A stretch of DNA of 64,000 nucleotides from Azolla caroliniana (lineage: Eukaryota; Plantae; Polypodiophyta): NCBI GenBank assembly GCA_043228905.1, contig JBHGNT010000005.1:1550001-1614000 (forward strand). The letters are read 5' to 3'. The translations under genes and the position numbers were made by a program. Below the pieces are notes generated by a model, which saw only the letters and a list, made by a program, of their open reading frames with translations, searched no databases and had not been told where the DNA came from. How positions within the stretch are numbered: position 1 is the stretch's first letter; the number at the start of each line of letters is the position of its first letter. Positions 43,301 through 56,007 of the stretch are shown here, in pieces.

Positions 43301-44047
43301 GAGTTTTAAAGGATGTTCCAGGATGGTTTCAACCATGGTGGCACAGGCATCTGTCATTGTGTGGATATATGTTAGCAGTTCAACAAAGGTTGTGTGCCTC
43401 GTGTTCCCCTAGTACAATAAAAGCAGAGTCATCTCAGAGCTTGAACCCCTTGACAGTATGTTGCCAGAAAAGATGCCTCAGATTTTCGTCAGCATATGAG
43501 AATTTGTGTAAGTACATGTGCACAGCATGGAATCCCAATATTTACTGATCAATGGCACGCACATAAAAAACAGTAGGCACCTTACTAGTCACAAGGAATA
43601 CTCTATAAATGATGTTTGGTCCAAAAGTACAGATGTTATACTTACAGGACATGTTGTGAATTCGTTGCTTCGATATTTGGGGTCCTCAACAAATAGGCGG
43701 GAGTGAAGCATGGGCGTGTAAGCAGCAGTGGCTCCGTACTTTCGGCAAAGCATTCGAAAAGGGAGCTCCGACTGATCTACCATGGGAGCTACGATGAATT
43801 TAGGCTCTCCCAATTTTCTCCAGTGTTCCCATGCCTTGGAGATGCGGTCACCGTCGCTCTTCAACTTCTTGCAGGGGGTTTCTGTGAGAAAGAAACAGCC
43901 ATTGGAATTTCCAGTAGGGGGGGTGGCCTCCCTCGCGAAAACATACGGAACTGACCAAGAGAGAGCGACAGAGAGACAAAACTCACCGTCACTGAGGCTG
44001 CGAGGATGATCGCAGGGAGATGAGGGCTGGACTGAGTCGACGGCCAT
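40303..44047 (-). CDS. DUS1: tRNA-dihydrouridine(16/17) synthase, DUS1-like
   Basis: [95 protein letters not shown]. Exons (minus strand): 44047-43987, 43881-43646, 41185-41079, 41002-40303. The start is uncertain (in-frame upstream ATGs at 44113 and 44254). Confidence 0.92.
41850..42660 (-). mobile_element. Very degraded LINE RT remnant in the long DUS1 intron
   Basis: Minus-strand fragments resemble the RT stretch QAGFR...ST.D.LF (ggatttgagagcaaaatctacagatgacagcttgttt) followed by LYCF; interrupted by homopolymer runs. Weak alignment by eye. Confidence 0.4.
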
Positions 44048-46019
44048 TGAGCAGCTGCGGGTGGTTTGTAGAGACCAGGGAGCACGAAATGAGCTGCTAC
44101 GACTGAAACTCATCCATGGAGAGGGGACTCCATCGCCGGAGGCAGGGGTTTTGCTGCTGCTGCTTCTGCTTCTGCTTCTTCTTCTTCTTCTTACAGGAAC
44201 CAAACATTGGAGCGTTAACGATGGCAGGACCAGCGGCACTAAAAAATAGGCCATGTCAAAAAAAGGAAGACAGCCTAGCCTGACTGACACCAGAGCTCAA
44301 CAATTGCCCAATGCCCATGACAATGTTGTTGGTTGGTTGGTTTGTATTCACACCCAGTTGGTCAATCGGTTGGTCGGCCGGTCGGTAGAGACAATACATT
44401 CAATATTTGTGTTGTGATAAAACATTCAATACCCAATCCTAAATACATAAATAACCCATCACCTTCGAGCTAATGGCTCTTAATCCAACTTTGTGCTATT
44501 TAAACATGGAGTTCAAAATGTCTAAGAAGACCAACAATGACATATATTGAATTTTCCACCAAAACGAACAAAAAATCAACCTTTTATGCAAGTTTTATGG
44601 CAATCACAAGCATTTTTTGTCTATTGATTCAAACTAAAATGGATCATCATCTAGACAATACACTTAAGGGTGGTCACTAGGTATTGCAGTTGTGTATTGA
44701 ATTTTTGGCTTTATCCTAAACACACATATTTCCTACCAAAGTTCTTCTTTCGATATCATGAGATGGGAATTGGCCCAACGACTTAGGCTAGGATGGGTAT
44801 CAAACGAGGCCTAGGCACTGGGTGGCATTAATTGCCATAAAATTATAGTGAAAGACTTAACTATAAATGGTAACAAATCACAAAGGGGTAAACACCACAA
44901 TTCAATCAAGTCATCATTAATGCTAATACAAGTGCTTAAGGGTTCGAGGTAGAAAACTCAAGCCGTAAGCAATTATGAATTGGATAACAATAGAGAGGAG
45001 GGGGAAGGAGAAGGCGACCTCCAGTGGAAGCAATGAAAAGGTGAAGAAACAGCTCAACAAAGCACAAAAAGTTGATGTTGTGACTCATTTGCATTTTATA
45101 GTACTACACTATATTGTACACGAAATCATAGAGCCAATAGACTATATAGCACAAATATTGGATATATCAGTAAGCACATAAGCAAAAAAGTTGCGTAGGT
45201 AGCACAAAAAATCTTAAAATACACTAGAACAAATGAAGTTTTTCCGAAGAGCATGTATTGTGATTGTGGATTGTGAATATTTTTCCAGAAGAAAGCATTT
45301 TTGGACATTTTCAAACTCTTTCCTATCAAACTTATGAATGCTACTACCACATGCTTCGACCTTGTGGAGAAGGCACCACATGCGTGAAAGAGGTTTTTTT
45401 GGAGAACCCAACATTTAATTTCTACACTATTGTATATGTTGTCCAATTCATAGTATGAACCATACGTACCATACGTGCATTTGCATTCACGAAAGAAAAA
45501 CACCCTCAAAGAATGATAAATACCATACTTTTGGATTAACTATTTATTATGAGGTAGATAAGCATAAAAATGAAAAAAAAAAACATTTAAAAAATGGAAA
45601 AAAAAACACAAGAATGTTTGAATAACATTCGCATTCGTTTTCCAACGTAGGAAAACGAATGTTATACTAGACGAACAGGAATTTTATGTACTATGGGACT
45701 CCAATTCATAGCAAGCCTCCTTATACTATAAGCAAGCATAACCTTTAGTATGGGCCCATTAACACTCTATTTTCTATGCACACGACATTTTTCCAATACA
45801 CTCATAAGCTTTGGGGCATCTTTTGAAGTATTTGCAAAAACGCACCATATCACCCGTACGTAACCAAAGCGCAACAGATACATTTCCAATGGCAACTTCT
45901 TCAATGTCGTATTACTTTACGAACTTGTTGACTAGTGGTTGCAATTCATCAATTCATAGACCAAGTGGGTGAGAGCGGGCATCCTTGCTTGATTAGAGAG
46001 AGAGAGAGAGAGTCTAGAT

Positions 46020-46090
46020 GGATGTAGCTCAGTTGGTAAGGTTGCCCAATGGAGACCAGCTAGTCATGGGTTCAACCCCTACATTCCACA
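46020..46090 (+). pseudogene. tRNA-like sequence (tRNA pseudogene or tRNA-derived SINE head)
   Basis: A box TAGCTCAGTTGG and B box GGTTCAACCC at tRNA-like spacing, but no convincing anticodon arm or standard acceptor stem. Confidence 0.6.
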
Positions 46091-46528
46091 ATGGCATCTA
46101 GTGAATTAAAAGATATATAGGAAGTATATAATAGAAAGAAGTGAGAAAATTGTGTTTTGAACCCAAGACATAATGCTTCTAGTGTTAATAACTCGCCATT
46201 AAGGTAAGCTAATTACGAGAGAGAGAGAGATGTGGAAGATGTAACCCATCAAGGGTTTTCACTAGTAACTATAGGGCTTTACCTTGGGTGCTTGTCTCAT
46301 GGATGCAATGGTAACAACCACGAGGCCACAAAACCATGCTTGCATAGAGTTGTCGTGAGACATTAAGAGATGTGCGAATGTTACGAGGGTGGGCTTTTTA
46401 CGAGGTCGGAGAGATAGTAGTGGGCGTCGCTTCTCGTGCACTAGTTGGCATCTTGGTGGTCCGAATCGGTCTGATAAAATGAAGTCTCTCGGGAATGTGG
46501 AGCTGTTCACGATCCATCCAAACATTGG

Positions 46529-46562
<34 letters not shown>

Positions 46563-46789
46563 CACCTTTGGGGTCACCCCCCCACCAAAAAACCCAAATC
46601 CAGTGAATGGTGTTGTCACCCCCCACCCCCTCCTCCATCCCTAAGAAAGAAAGAAAGGAAGGAAGGAAGGAAGGAAGAAGAAGAAGCAGAAACAGAAGAA
46701 GAAGAAGAAAGAAGCCTTGCTTCATACATTCCCTTGCCCCTGCGCCGCCGCCGCCGCCGCCATCGCCGCTTTCTGCCTGCTGATCCTCC

Positions 46790-49628
46790 ATGGATTCTTC
46801 TTCTTCTTCTTCCTCCTCCTCCTCCTCCTCCTCCCCTCCCCTCAGTCATAGCGACTGCATTGCCCCTCCCCCTCCCCCTCCCCCCCCGGATCCTGCCGAT
46901 CGTACTAATTCCTCCTCTGCCTCTACCTCCGCTTCAATCGCGAGAAATGCATGGTCTCAGATCGTGCGTGGATCTACCTCTACCTCTACCTCTACCTCTA
47001 CCTATTCCCTACAGGAGGAGCTGCCCAACCACCTGCAAGAGAATCCTCCTCCTCCATCATCATCATCATCATCATCATCGCCATCAATATCAGTATCATC
47101 ATCATCATCGCCATCGCCATCACCATCGCTGAGCTTGGCCCCAATGCAGACCTCACTTTCTCACCAAAAGCTTCAGCCTCCTTTGGAAGCAAACAACAGT
47201 CCTAAGGTGATTGTTGCTCTGCCGCCGCCTGAGATCTCCTCGGCGTCATCAGATACCGCAGGCTCTCCTTTTGCTTTGTCTCTGCATTCATCGCCCTCCC
47301 CGTCCTCTGTTGGACACGATTGCCTGTCTATGCCATTGGGAAGTGGTCAGAGTTCCTGTGATTCACCCACTGCTCTTATGCTTGTTGATGGATCGGCTAT
47401 CAAAAGTAGTGTTGAAAGCAAAGGGTCACAGAGTTCTCTGACGTCACCCTTGAAGCCTGCTTGGGCCAAGCCTGTTATTGAAAATGGGACGAGCCCTGTG
47501 ATGGGAGGCGCTCTCTCTTGGCCTGCTTTATCAGATGCACGAAATGCAAAGACACCCGAGCATTCTAAAATGGCGGTGGCACAGAAGACAGGGCCGAAAG
47601 AGACCCCATCTTGGATCAACGAATCACAGGTGGTACCCCATTGTCGACTTGTGAATATTCTCATTACTGTTTGATGACTGGCATCTTACTTCTGGATACA
47701 TATGATATGCATGCTATTTCTGCATACATGATCTGTCATTTAATATCAGAATATAAAATTTTCTGCAGGCATCATCTTCAAAACGGATTAGTGGCAACAG
47801 TACGAACTCCCCAAATGTAAGAAGGCACAAAGATGCTCCTTCAAACAGAATTGGTTCAGCAGCACCAAACCCCTTAGATTCCAGCAGGATTATTGCACCT
47901 CAGGATACAGAGAATGAAGATAGGAAGGCTGGAGGAGGTATGCAAGGAGTCTTAGATAATCATCAGAGAGTATCCAACAACAACAGCAGCGGCAATGGCA
48001 ATGACAACAACAGCGGCAATGGCAATGGCAACAACAGCGGCAATGGCAATGGCAATGGCAATGGCAATGGCAACGGCAACGGCAGTGGCAATGGCAATGG
48101 CAATGGCAATGGCAATGGCAACGGCAGCAGCAATGGCAACGGCAACAGCAATGGCAATGGCAACGGCAACGGCAGTAGAAGCAATGTAACAGGAAATCGG
48201 CGAAACTTCATGCGTGATCAAGGCCGGGGAAACCATGGGTGGCATTCCCATGGGAGAGGCTATCCAAATGGAAGAGAGACAAATATAGCATTCCAGCAAC
48301 AACGGGTTGGCCCCAGGAATCTTCCTCGGCACATTTTCCCCTACATGAATCCCAACCCAGCATTTGTGAATGCAGTTGGCTATCAGAGTGAGAATTTACA
48401 ATTTCCCAGGCAATGCAGAGCCAGTTAATCGCTCTCTCTCTCTCTGTGACAATTTATATTTGTTTAAAATGTGTTTACAGCTATTCCAGGGAGTATGTAT
48501 TACATGCATGCACCACCCCCACCTCCTCCTCCTGATCATTTCCTTAGCCCTACATATTTTGGGCCTCCGCCTCCACCTCTGGGAGTGTATATGCACGTTC
48601 CAGATCCCACAGATTTACAGAGTGTATTGGTTAAGCAAATTGAATACTACTTCAGGTTTGCCAAACTCAATGTGTGGAAAGTAAATTTATCTTCAATGAA
48701 TGAGTGGTCAGTAACTAATGTGTCATGTGTCCATTTTCTGTTTGGTGCACAGTGTGGACAATTTGTGTAGAGATATCTATCTCCGTTCGAACATGGATGA
48801 TCAAGGTTTTGTTCCAGTTTCTATAATTGCAAAATTTAATCGGGTGAGGTCTCTTAGTTGAACTATCACATTTTGTGCCCCAACTGAGGAAGACTGATTG
48901 AGTTTGAGTGGTTTTTCTTGGTTAGGTGCGGAATATAGCACAGAATTTGAATTTTATATTGGATGCATTGAGAACATCAAGCATTGTGGAAGTCCAGGTG
49001 ATGCCTATTTCATAGTTTTGCGAAAGGTGTCCTCCTGACAAATGCATGTACAGATGATGTGACTGATTAATGCAGGGGAATCAAATACGCAAAAGGGGCG
49101 ACTGGGCAGCCTGGCTAATACCATATAGCCAGAAGTCTGTGGGTGGTCCATTAGATAGAGATCATAATACTTGGCCATCTTCTCATCATACAGCTACAGT
49201 TACGGAGGAGAATGCACTGTTACGAACTGGTGAGCTCAATGGATAATACAAGTGGTGTAATTGGATCCACTAAAGTAATGAGAGGCAGATCTGACCAACC
49301 TCCTTCTTTATCAGGGTCGCAAGTGCAGAATGCTGGGCAAGGTCCTTCACCGCAAATGCTAGCATATGATATTCCTGGTGGTGGTGGTGGGCATGCAGAT
49401 ACAGATGTCAGGATTTATGGAGGGTCTAAGGATGCAGGAGGAAATACACTTCCAGTGGATGCCATTTCGCAGGGTGCTGATTTTAGTTCCAGTGATGCTA
49501 GCAAAAATGGTCATGCAACATCGAGTTTCTACAAAGAATCTAACATGCATTTGGAGGATAAGTCTGATTTGCAAGCTGTTAAAGTGTATGGAGAATTTAT
49601 TTCAAATATTAGAAGCCATCTTCTATAA
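46790..49628 (+). CDS. LARP1: La-related protein (LARP1-like, La motif); 3' end uncertain
   Basis: PVMGGALSWPALSDA motif and La motif [41 protein letters not shown]...VEVQGNQIRKRGDWAAW. Exons: 46790-47629, 47769-48387, 48481-48655, 48753-48843, 48926-48997, 49076-49229, 49315 to about 49628. A further candidate exon lies at 49689-49757. Confidence 0.88.
47975..48176 (+). repeat. Coding (AATGGC/AACGGC)n repeat encoding an Asn-Gly tract
   Basis: NNNSSGNGNDNNSGNGNGNNSGNGNGNG... in LARP exon 2. Confidence 0.95.
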
Positions 49629-52429
49629 TTTATTATCCACCATTTATCTTTGTAAATGATTGAAATGTCCATATGGTTATGTTTGCAGTTATGGCATAGA
49701 ATAGGAGTTAGAAAGCAAGTGAATGAAACGTCCATATGCTTATTATTGATCAATCAGGTATATTGTTTGCATCTCTTTATAGAAACAAAAGTTGTAGCAC
49801 TGTTATGGATGTGTAGGAAATCTGTAATTCCCACCATCCTTCACCATTTACGCACATTGTTTGAAATGATTGAACACCCAGGAGCTTAGATGTGAGATTT
49901 CAACTTTTTATAAGATATCGAATACAGATCTGGGTGTATATTAGTTTTTCAATTTTTCATAAGCTCTGCAGTGATATCATTTCCATTGAAGAAATCAAAT
50001 TGTATCATTTACATGATGTGATTTATCTCAATGGCTGATAGATCACTGTATATTTTATTGTTGATTTATTCTCCCGGACACTCTTTTGACATGAAAACTT
50101 GCAAGTCATGATAACATTTTCAAATTGGCATCTAGTAAAATGCTGCGTAAGTTTGTAGAAAAACTGATGTCCAAATAACTTATATGCTTATCTTTGCCTA
50201 GCTTGTAACTACTTTGAAACCTGAAAAAAACTGTCTTCAATACTGATCTCCATTTGTAACTAAACTTTTCTGTAAAACTATCTTCACCAAAGGTAAGAAA
50301 TGCAAGTAAGACTTGGTATCTTATCTATGTTGTTCCTGAAAATGCTAAAACCCCCAAAAAATTAGTAACAATTTGCTGGAAGAGTTCCCCTGCTTTTTTT
50401 TTTCTAATCACCAGAGTAGCCTCGTGTTTCCCGAAACCTACCAAATTCAGAATCTAACAAATTATGATGTGAATTATGGGCCCTTGTTCCTTACAATCAA
50501 ATTAAGATAGTGCTTTTGATTAGATCACAACAAGATTATGGGTTCTTATCGTTATATCATTATGAGTTGGTCAAAAAGTAGGCATATTTTGATAATTAAA
50601 AAAAACCTTGGGGGTATTCTGGTACTTCAAAAAGCATAGAGGTATCTCCGTAAATAGGTACACGATTATGAGTATTTTGGGTTTTCACCTGGATTTTACT
50701 GTCTTTAAAAACTCCAGGTCTCAAGAAGGTAGGAGCAGGATAGGTATAATATTATCTGCTTGTATAACTTTCAGCTAATAAGTGATTATTGACAGGTGTA
50801 AACATTGTAAATGGACTCCGTTAAAAAGACCCAACATCTTGTTGGCATGTAGTTGGGCTTCAGTCTCCTCTCCTTACAAGCGTTTTGAGGCACTGTACGA
50901 GGGCATAAATAAGAGAATCAAACATAAGCGCTAGCTATAGTGCTTTAATTTTCCAGTGCTCCAGAACCTTCCATGAGCAGCCATATTTATTGCACAGAGG
51001 AATCTATGAGCCTGATTCGTTTTTATGCGAAATTTGTCATATTTGGGCTTGAACTCCTAAGATGAAAAGAATTCAAGTCATTTTTTGACCTATTCCCAAT
51101 ACTGTGGGTAGGCCAAATCATGAAAGGCAAATGTATAGATTTATTTCTCAAATTTACTGTGCGTAGAGCTTAACGCCGGCAAGCTATGTATGAATCATCA
51201 CAATGTTTTAAGTGTTCTCAAGAATCCGTTGACTGTATTATTCAATTTCATTATGACAGCCTTGTTTTTACTATGCTTGCTTCAGTGGGTTTACAAAGGT
51301 GCTATCTAAATTGAGTTTTCGATTAAGTTCATGTGCGATCTCTGACATTATAAATTCAGTGTGAATATATATAATTTGTCTGAGCGGAATTGGTTGAAAC
51401 CCTGTTTGACTTGTCCTTCTCAGCAAGTGAGGTTGTAAATGTAGTTCATTATTTTGTAAATGCAATTTAAAAGGAAGAAAACGTATAAGCAATATTTATG
51501 ATCTCTTTATCCTAAATAAGAAATCTAGTCATTTGCATTTCAGATAATCAACTGTGTTCTACTGTTCTTTTTAAGGGCCAGCACATCCTGTTGCTGTCAA
51601 TTGTTTCTATTTTATTTTAAATTCACATTTCCTATCAGGATTTCTTTTTCTGTTTTGATTTGTTCAATTCGATGGATCCCTCCTGCATGGTCTGTTAAAA
51701 GCATTGTCACCACTGGATGGTTGCTCCACTCAACCAGTAAATAGCTCATTGAGCACATGGGTGGGGCTGTTTGCCACTTGGCAGAAGGTTACCCTCACTT
51801 CTTAGTCCTTGACCTTTTACTGATCCTCTTGAACTTCATCAATTATGTTCACCTATACTGATTCACATACTTGTGATGGACACACATGGCATGCTTCTTG
51901 TGATTGCTCTGCCTGCAGGTGTTTCGAGTGCCTTGAATTGAGGCCCTAATGTCTCACTTCGTAACAGGAACCAATGGTATAGCTTCACAGCAGGTATACC
52001 TATTTGTTCTAGGCTGATTGTTGTTAAGATAAGCAAGATGTTGCAAGTTAAGAAAACTTTTATTTGTGTCATTATTTTAACACAAACTGACATTAATAGT
52101 GGTGTTACAGTCCCCGCTCTTTGATCCAGCTTTTTGTGTGGAGGAAGGATTAATCATCTCGATGTTGTGAATCTTCAATGTGGGAGAATCTATGTAAGGT
52201 TCTTGTCAGAAGTATATAGCAGTATATTTCTTTTTTGAAAAATCAGTTTTTATGCAATTTTATTTTCGAAATACGAAAACAAATCTGTAGTCAATGTGCT
52301 TGTTTTTGCTTCCATTTTTAAGCTGGATATTTAGCTGTTTTCTGCAGCTTCCAAGCTATACTTGTTCACTCTCTTCTTCATCTAATTATATTCCTGCCTA
52401 GTTTTTTTTCATTTTACTAGGTTTTATTT

Positions 52430-52960
52430 TGTGTGATGCAGTGAGAAAATGCATTCAGAGATTTTTTTAAAGAGGTTCACTAAAATGTTGAGACGTTATC
52501 ATCTATTTCACCATCAGAGTTTGGAAACTAGCACTCTGGCAGCCACATTTCCATTCTACTGATTCTGACATTGTGGTTGTGCCTCAAACTGGAAACCTAT
52601 TTTCTGAGTTCCATGGTTGGTGGAGTTCCCTCTACTATATTTTGAAGGGATTCATAGATTTACAGTAACCTATGAGCAAACTATTTGCATCCCTACCTTC
52701 TATTATGTGTGATGCGGTGATCAAATTCATTCACAGATTTTGGTAAGGTTGTTCGCTAAAATCTTGAGGCATGTTATCATCTATTTCTCCATCGGAGTTG
52801 GGAAACTAGCAATCTGGCAGCCACATTTCCATCCTGTTGATTCTGAGTCTTATGGTTTGTTGACTTCCCTACACGAGATTTTGACGGGGCTCATAGACCG
52901 CTATTAAATTCTGTGTAATCCTCTTTAGTCTTACAGAAACCTAAGAGCAAACTGTGTGCT
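52430..52960. repeat. Diverged tandem dimer, unit about 275 bp
   Basis: tgtgtgatgc...gttatcatctatttc...ggaaactagca.tctggcagccacatttccat...tgattctga...acag.aaccta.gagcaaact occurs at 52430 and at about 52705. Confidence 0.8.
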
Positions 52961-53829
52961 TGGACCTCAAGTATGTTTTGGTATGATCAAAGGATTATAC
53001 ATGCAGAAACTGGCAAGTTCTCAAGAACTGGCCTGGATGATGATCAACATCTTTAAATATAATTAGTTTCATCAGAAGGATAATAATTGAAGAATGCGTG
53101 AAAAGGGACAGTAAGAGTTTAAGAGATTTCACTGTACACCAATTGGCTCCAAAGCTTGATTGATGCCCTGCAGTTATTTCTTTATTAATCTAACTAGAAT
53201 TAAAGGATTACACGAATATAATGTTTCAGACGGCAGACTCTAGTCCTGATCAATTCAAACTCATTAAAAACTCAGCCAACCTGAAAACCCGCTAGAATGA
53301 TTCTTCGGAGACCTTCAAAGAGTCACCAAATAGCCTTTTGCACATAGACCTTTAGTAGTGAGCAGGCAAACCACACTTGCTGCTGAAATGCCTATACTGT
53401 AAAAGGAAAATAGCAGACGAGGAACCCTAGGTCCAGTCAACAAAACTGTTGAAACTGGATAGGCTATGCTGATACACTAGAATAGCATTTTCACACATTA
53501 AATTATAAACACATCCAATTGCCTTAATCATAGGATTAATCACATATCCAATCTCTCACAAGAAATAACAGCAGTGTGGCATATGGCCTTCATGGCAATG
53601 CACGATGAACCACTGAAATCCTGTCCTCCAAAAAAGCTCACAAATAGTAAAGGGGAGAAAGACATTTGCAAATAATGCTCAATCTGAGCCACATGTGGCT
53701 CATAGAGCTCTTAGCTAAAAGTAGATATGGGAGAGTAGTGAAATAGAGAAGATCTAATCTTGTCATCTGGTTTTAATGGTAAGCAGTTTTGAGGTCATTT
53801 TTCAATAAGAAGCATGATGGGGTTGTGGC

Positions 53830-55020
53830 CTCGATGATATGGCTTAGGTGCATGAAAAACTGTGATTGCCTGGTCTATCTACTATCCTTTTGATTGTTGT
53901 GGTCGAGACCCTACTTCTGTAGTCCTTGATTGAGCTGTAACGTGAGTGATGGATCTAAAACAAATTGTAAGGGTTATTTATTGATATGAGGTTTTGTGGT
54001 TGTACTGTTGTCCAACAACTTCTATCTATGTCTCTTAACTGCTAGCAAGAATAGTTCCAAGCATCATCGGTCTTTGTATTCCATTATCTCATGGTGTGGG
54101 CCAACTATATTGCCTTGTTTTGAAGATACAGTGGTATCTCATCTTTATTTCATAAAAAAACAGAGCAATGGCAAACCTAGTATTCCTCTGATGCCATATC
54201 TTGATGGCACGATTGACAGATCTGTTCTTCCATAAATTTGCGCGTATATCTACCTGTCTCAATCTCTAACTGATGTGATGTTGTTCTGATCTGATCTACC
54301 ACAGTACGGAGTGCATGAGATAGATGTGTATCCATGTAAAAGAATTTGATGATAAATCCATCTTGCGACATGGGTTAAAAGAGCGCTTTATAGTGATTCA
54401 TCTTCCTATCATGAGATGTTGGGCTGATCCGGGTTCTTTTGTTATCCAATTTAATGATATTAGTCCAGATCATTCTATTCTTTTTCACTTTGGGTATGTC
54501 CAAGTGTATACAAGGGGTAGTACACTTATATTTATGCCATGTGATCAGAACCATTCTTGCATTTCTGCAATACAACAATGATTAAGTCCCAATCTGAAGT
54601 ATCTTTGCTTTGGCGGTTCCCATATCAGTTGGACACCAACCGCTAATCTACTAATTGGTCAATATTGGCACTGCTGTCTTAGCATGAATTACATCATGTG
54701 TTTCTGATGCTTTGCACCTTCGCATGTGAGACCAAATATATCACCAATTTCATGCCCTATGAAAGGTTGGTCCCCAAGTTTCTATCCTGAGAAAAGTGTT
54801 GGTGCTACAAGTGTATAATACAACCACAGTTTTATTTCTGGTTCCAGGAATTGTCATAGGTATATGTAGGATCATATGTATTTGTGCACACATTCCCCAT
54901 TTTGTATCTAGCAGACCTACCAAAGGCACTAATTGCTCCATGAACCAAACATGTGATATGATGTTGAAGGGTTTTTGGATATCCACAAAGCAAATATAGA
55001 TTCTCCTTATATGGACATAA
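53830..55020 (-). mobile_element. Decayed, internally deleted LINE of the same family, antisense, downstream of the LARP coding region
   Basis: Minus-strand translations RRIYICFVDIQKPF, SQDGFIIKFFYMDTHLSHALRTVVDQIRTTSHQLEIETGRY...EQICQSCH are homologous to 16690-18250. Confidence 0.88.
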
Positions 55021-55644
55021 GAAATGGTTGCCAATCGGCCAGATGGGCAAGTTTCTTGAAGGGTTTCATATATGGATCATTGTAATGATGAACAAAAGAT
55101 AAGAAATTACGCAGCGGAATAGATTAAAGGTGCTTATATGGACATAAGAAATGGCTGCCAATCGGCCAGATGGGCAAGTTTCTTGAAGGGTTTCATATAT
55201 GGATCATTGTAATGATGAACAAAAGATAAGAAATTACGCAGAGGAATAGATTAAAGGTGCTTATATGGACATAAGAAATGGTTGCCAATCGGCCAGATGG
55301 GCAAGTTTCTTGAAGGGTTTCATATATGGATCATTGTAATGATGAACAAAAGATAAGAAATTACGCAGAGGAATAGATTAAAGGTGCTTATATGGACATA
55401 AGAAATGGTTGCCAATCGGCCAGATGGGCAAGTTTCTTGAAGGGTTTCATATATGGATCATTGTAATGATGAACAAAAGATAAGAAATTACGCAGAGGAA
55501 TAGATTAAAGGTGCTTATATGGACATAAGAAATGGTTGCCAATCGGCCAGATGGGCAAGTTTCTTGAAGGGTTTCATATATGGATCATTGTAATGATGAA
55601 CAAAAGATAAGAAATTACGCAGAGGAATAGATTAAAGGTGCTTA
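55007..55644. repeat. Near-perfect tandem array, 5 x 127 bp
   Basis: Units start at 55007, 55134, 55261, 55388 and 55515 (ttatatggacataagaaatgg...gattaaaggtgc). I saw only two single-base differences among the copies. Confidence 0.97.
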
Positions 55645-56007
55645 ACACAGCGATCACCCCTGAGCAAAGGACATGAAACAAACATAAAATATTATTGGTG
55701 TTCCAAACCACCAAATATTACTTTATGTTATACTGTGGATGTTGAACAATGGATCTGAAGAAGAGAGAATTAGCTGCATTGATAGAGTCCCCACAATGTC
55801 TCAATATGCTGTAATGAAGGATGGTAGCTAGTCCCCTTTACATAGCTCAGCATCCAAGGCTCCCAGACCATTACATGTTCCCCAGTGTCATAGCTCCATA
55901 TGGGTTTGTCCCAAATCCTAGATAACTGGTTTTCTGACTATCCTACCGAATAAAATTAGCAACAAAAACTCTCTGATTGTATAATTATGCCTACAACATT
56001 TCTCTTC

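Noticed and set aside
46020-46090. Functional tRNA gene
   Set aside because: No proper anticodon arm or acceptor stem and no adjacent oligo-T terminator.
46389-47132. 247-aa ORF overlapping the LARP start
   Set aside because: Alternative frame through trinucleotide and hexanucleotide repeats; low complexity only.
55007-55644. CRISPR-like array next to a reverse transcriptase remnant
   Set aside because: The units are whole-length duplicates with no unique spacers, there are no cas genes, and the context is eukaryotic.
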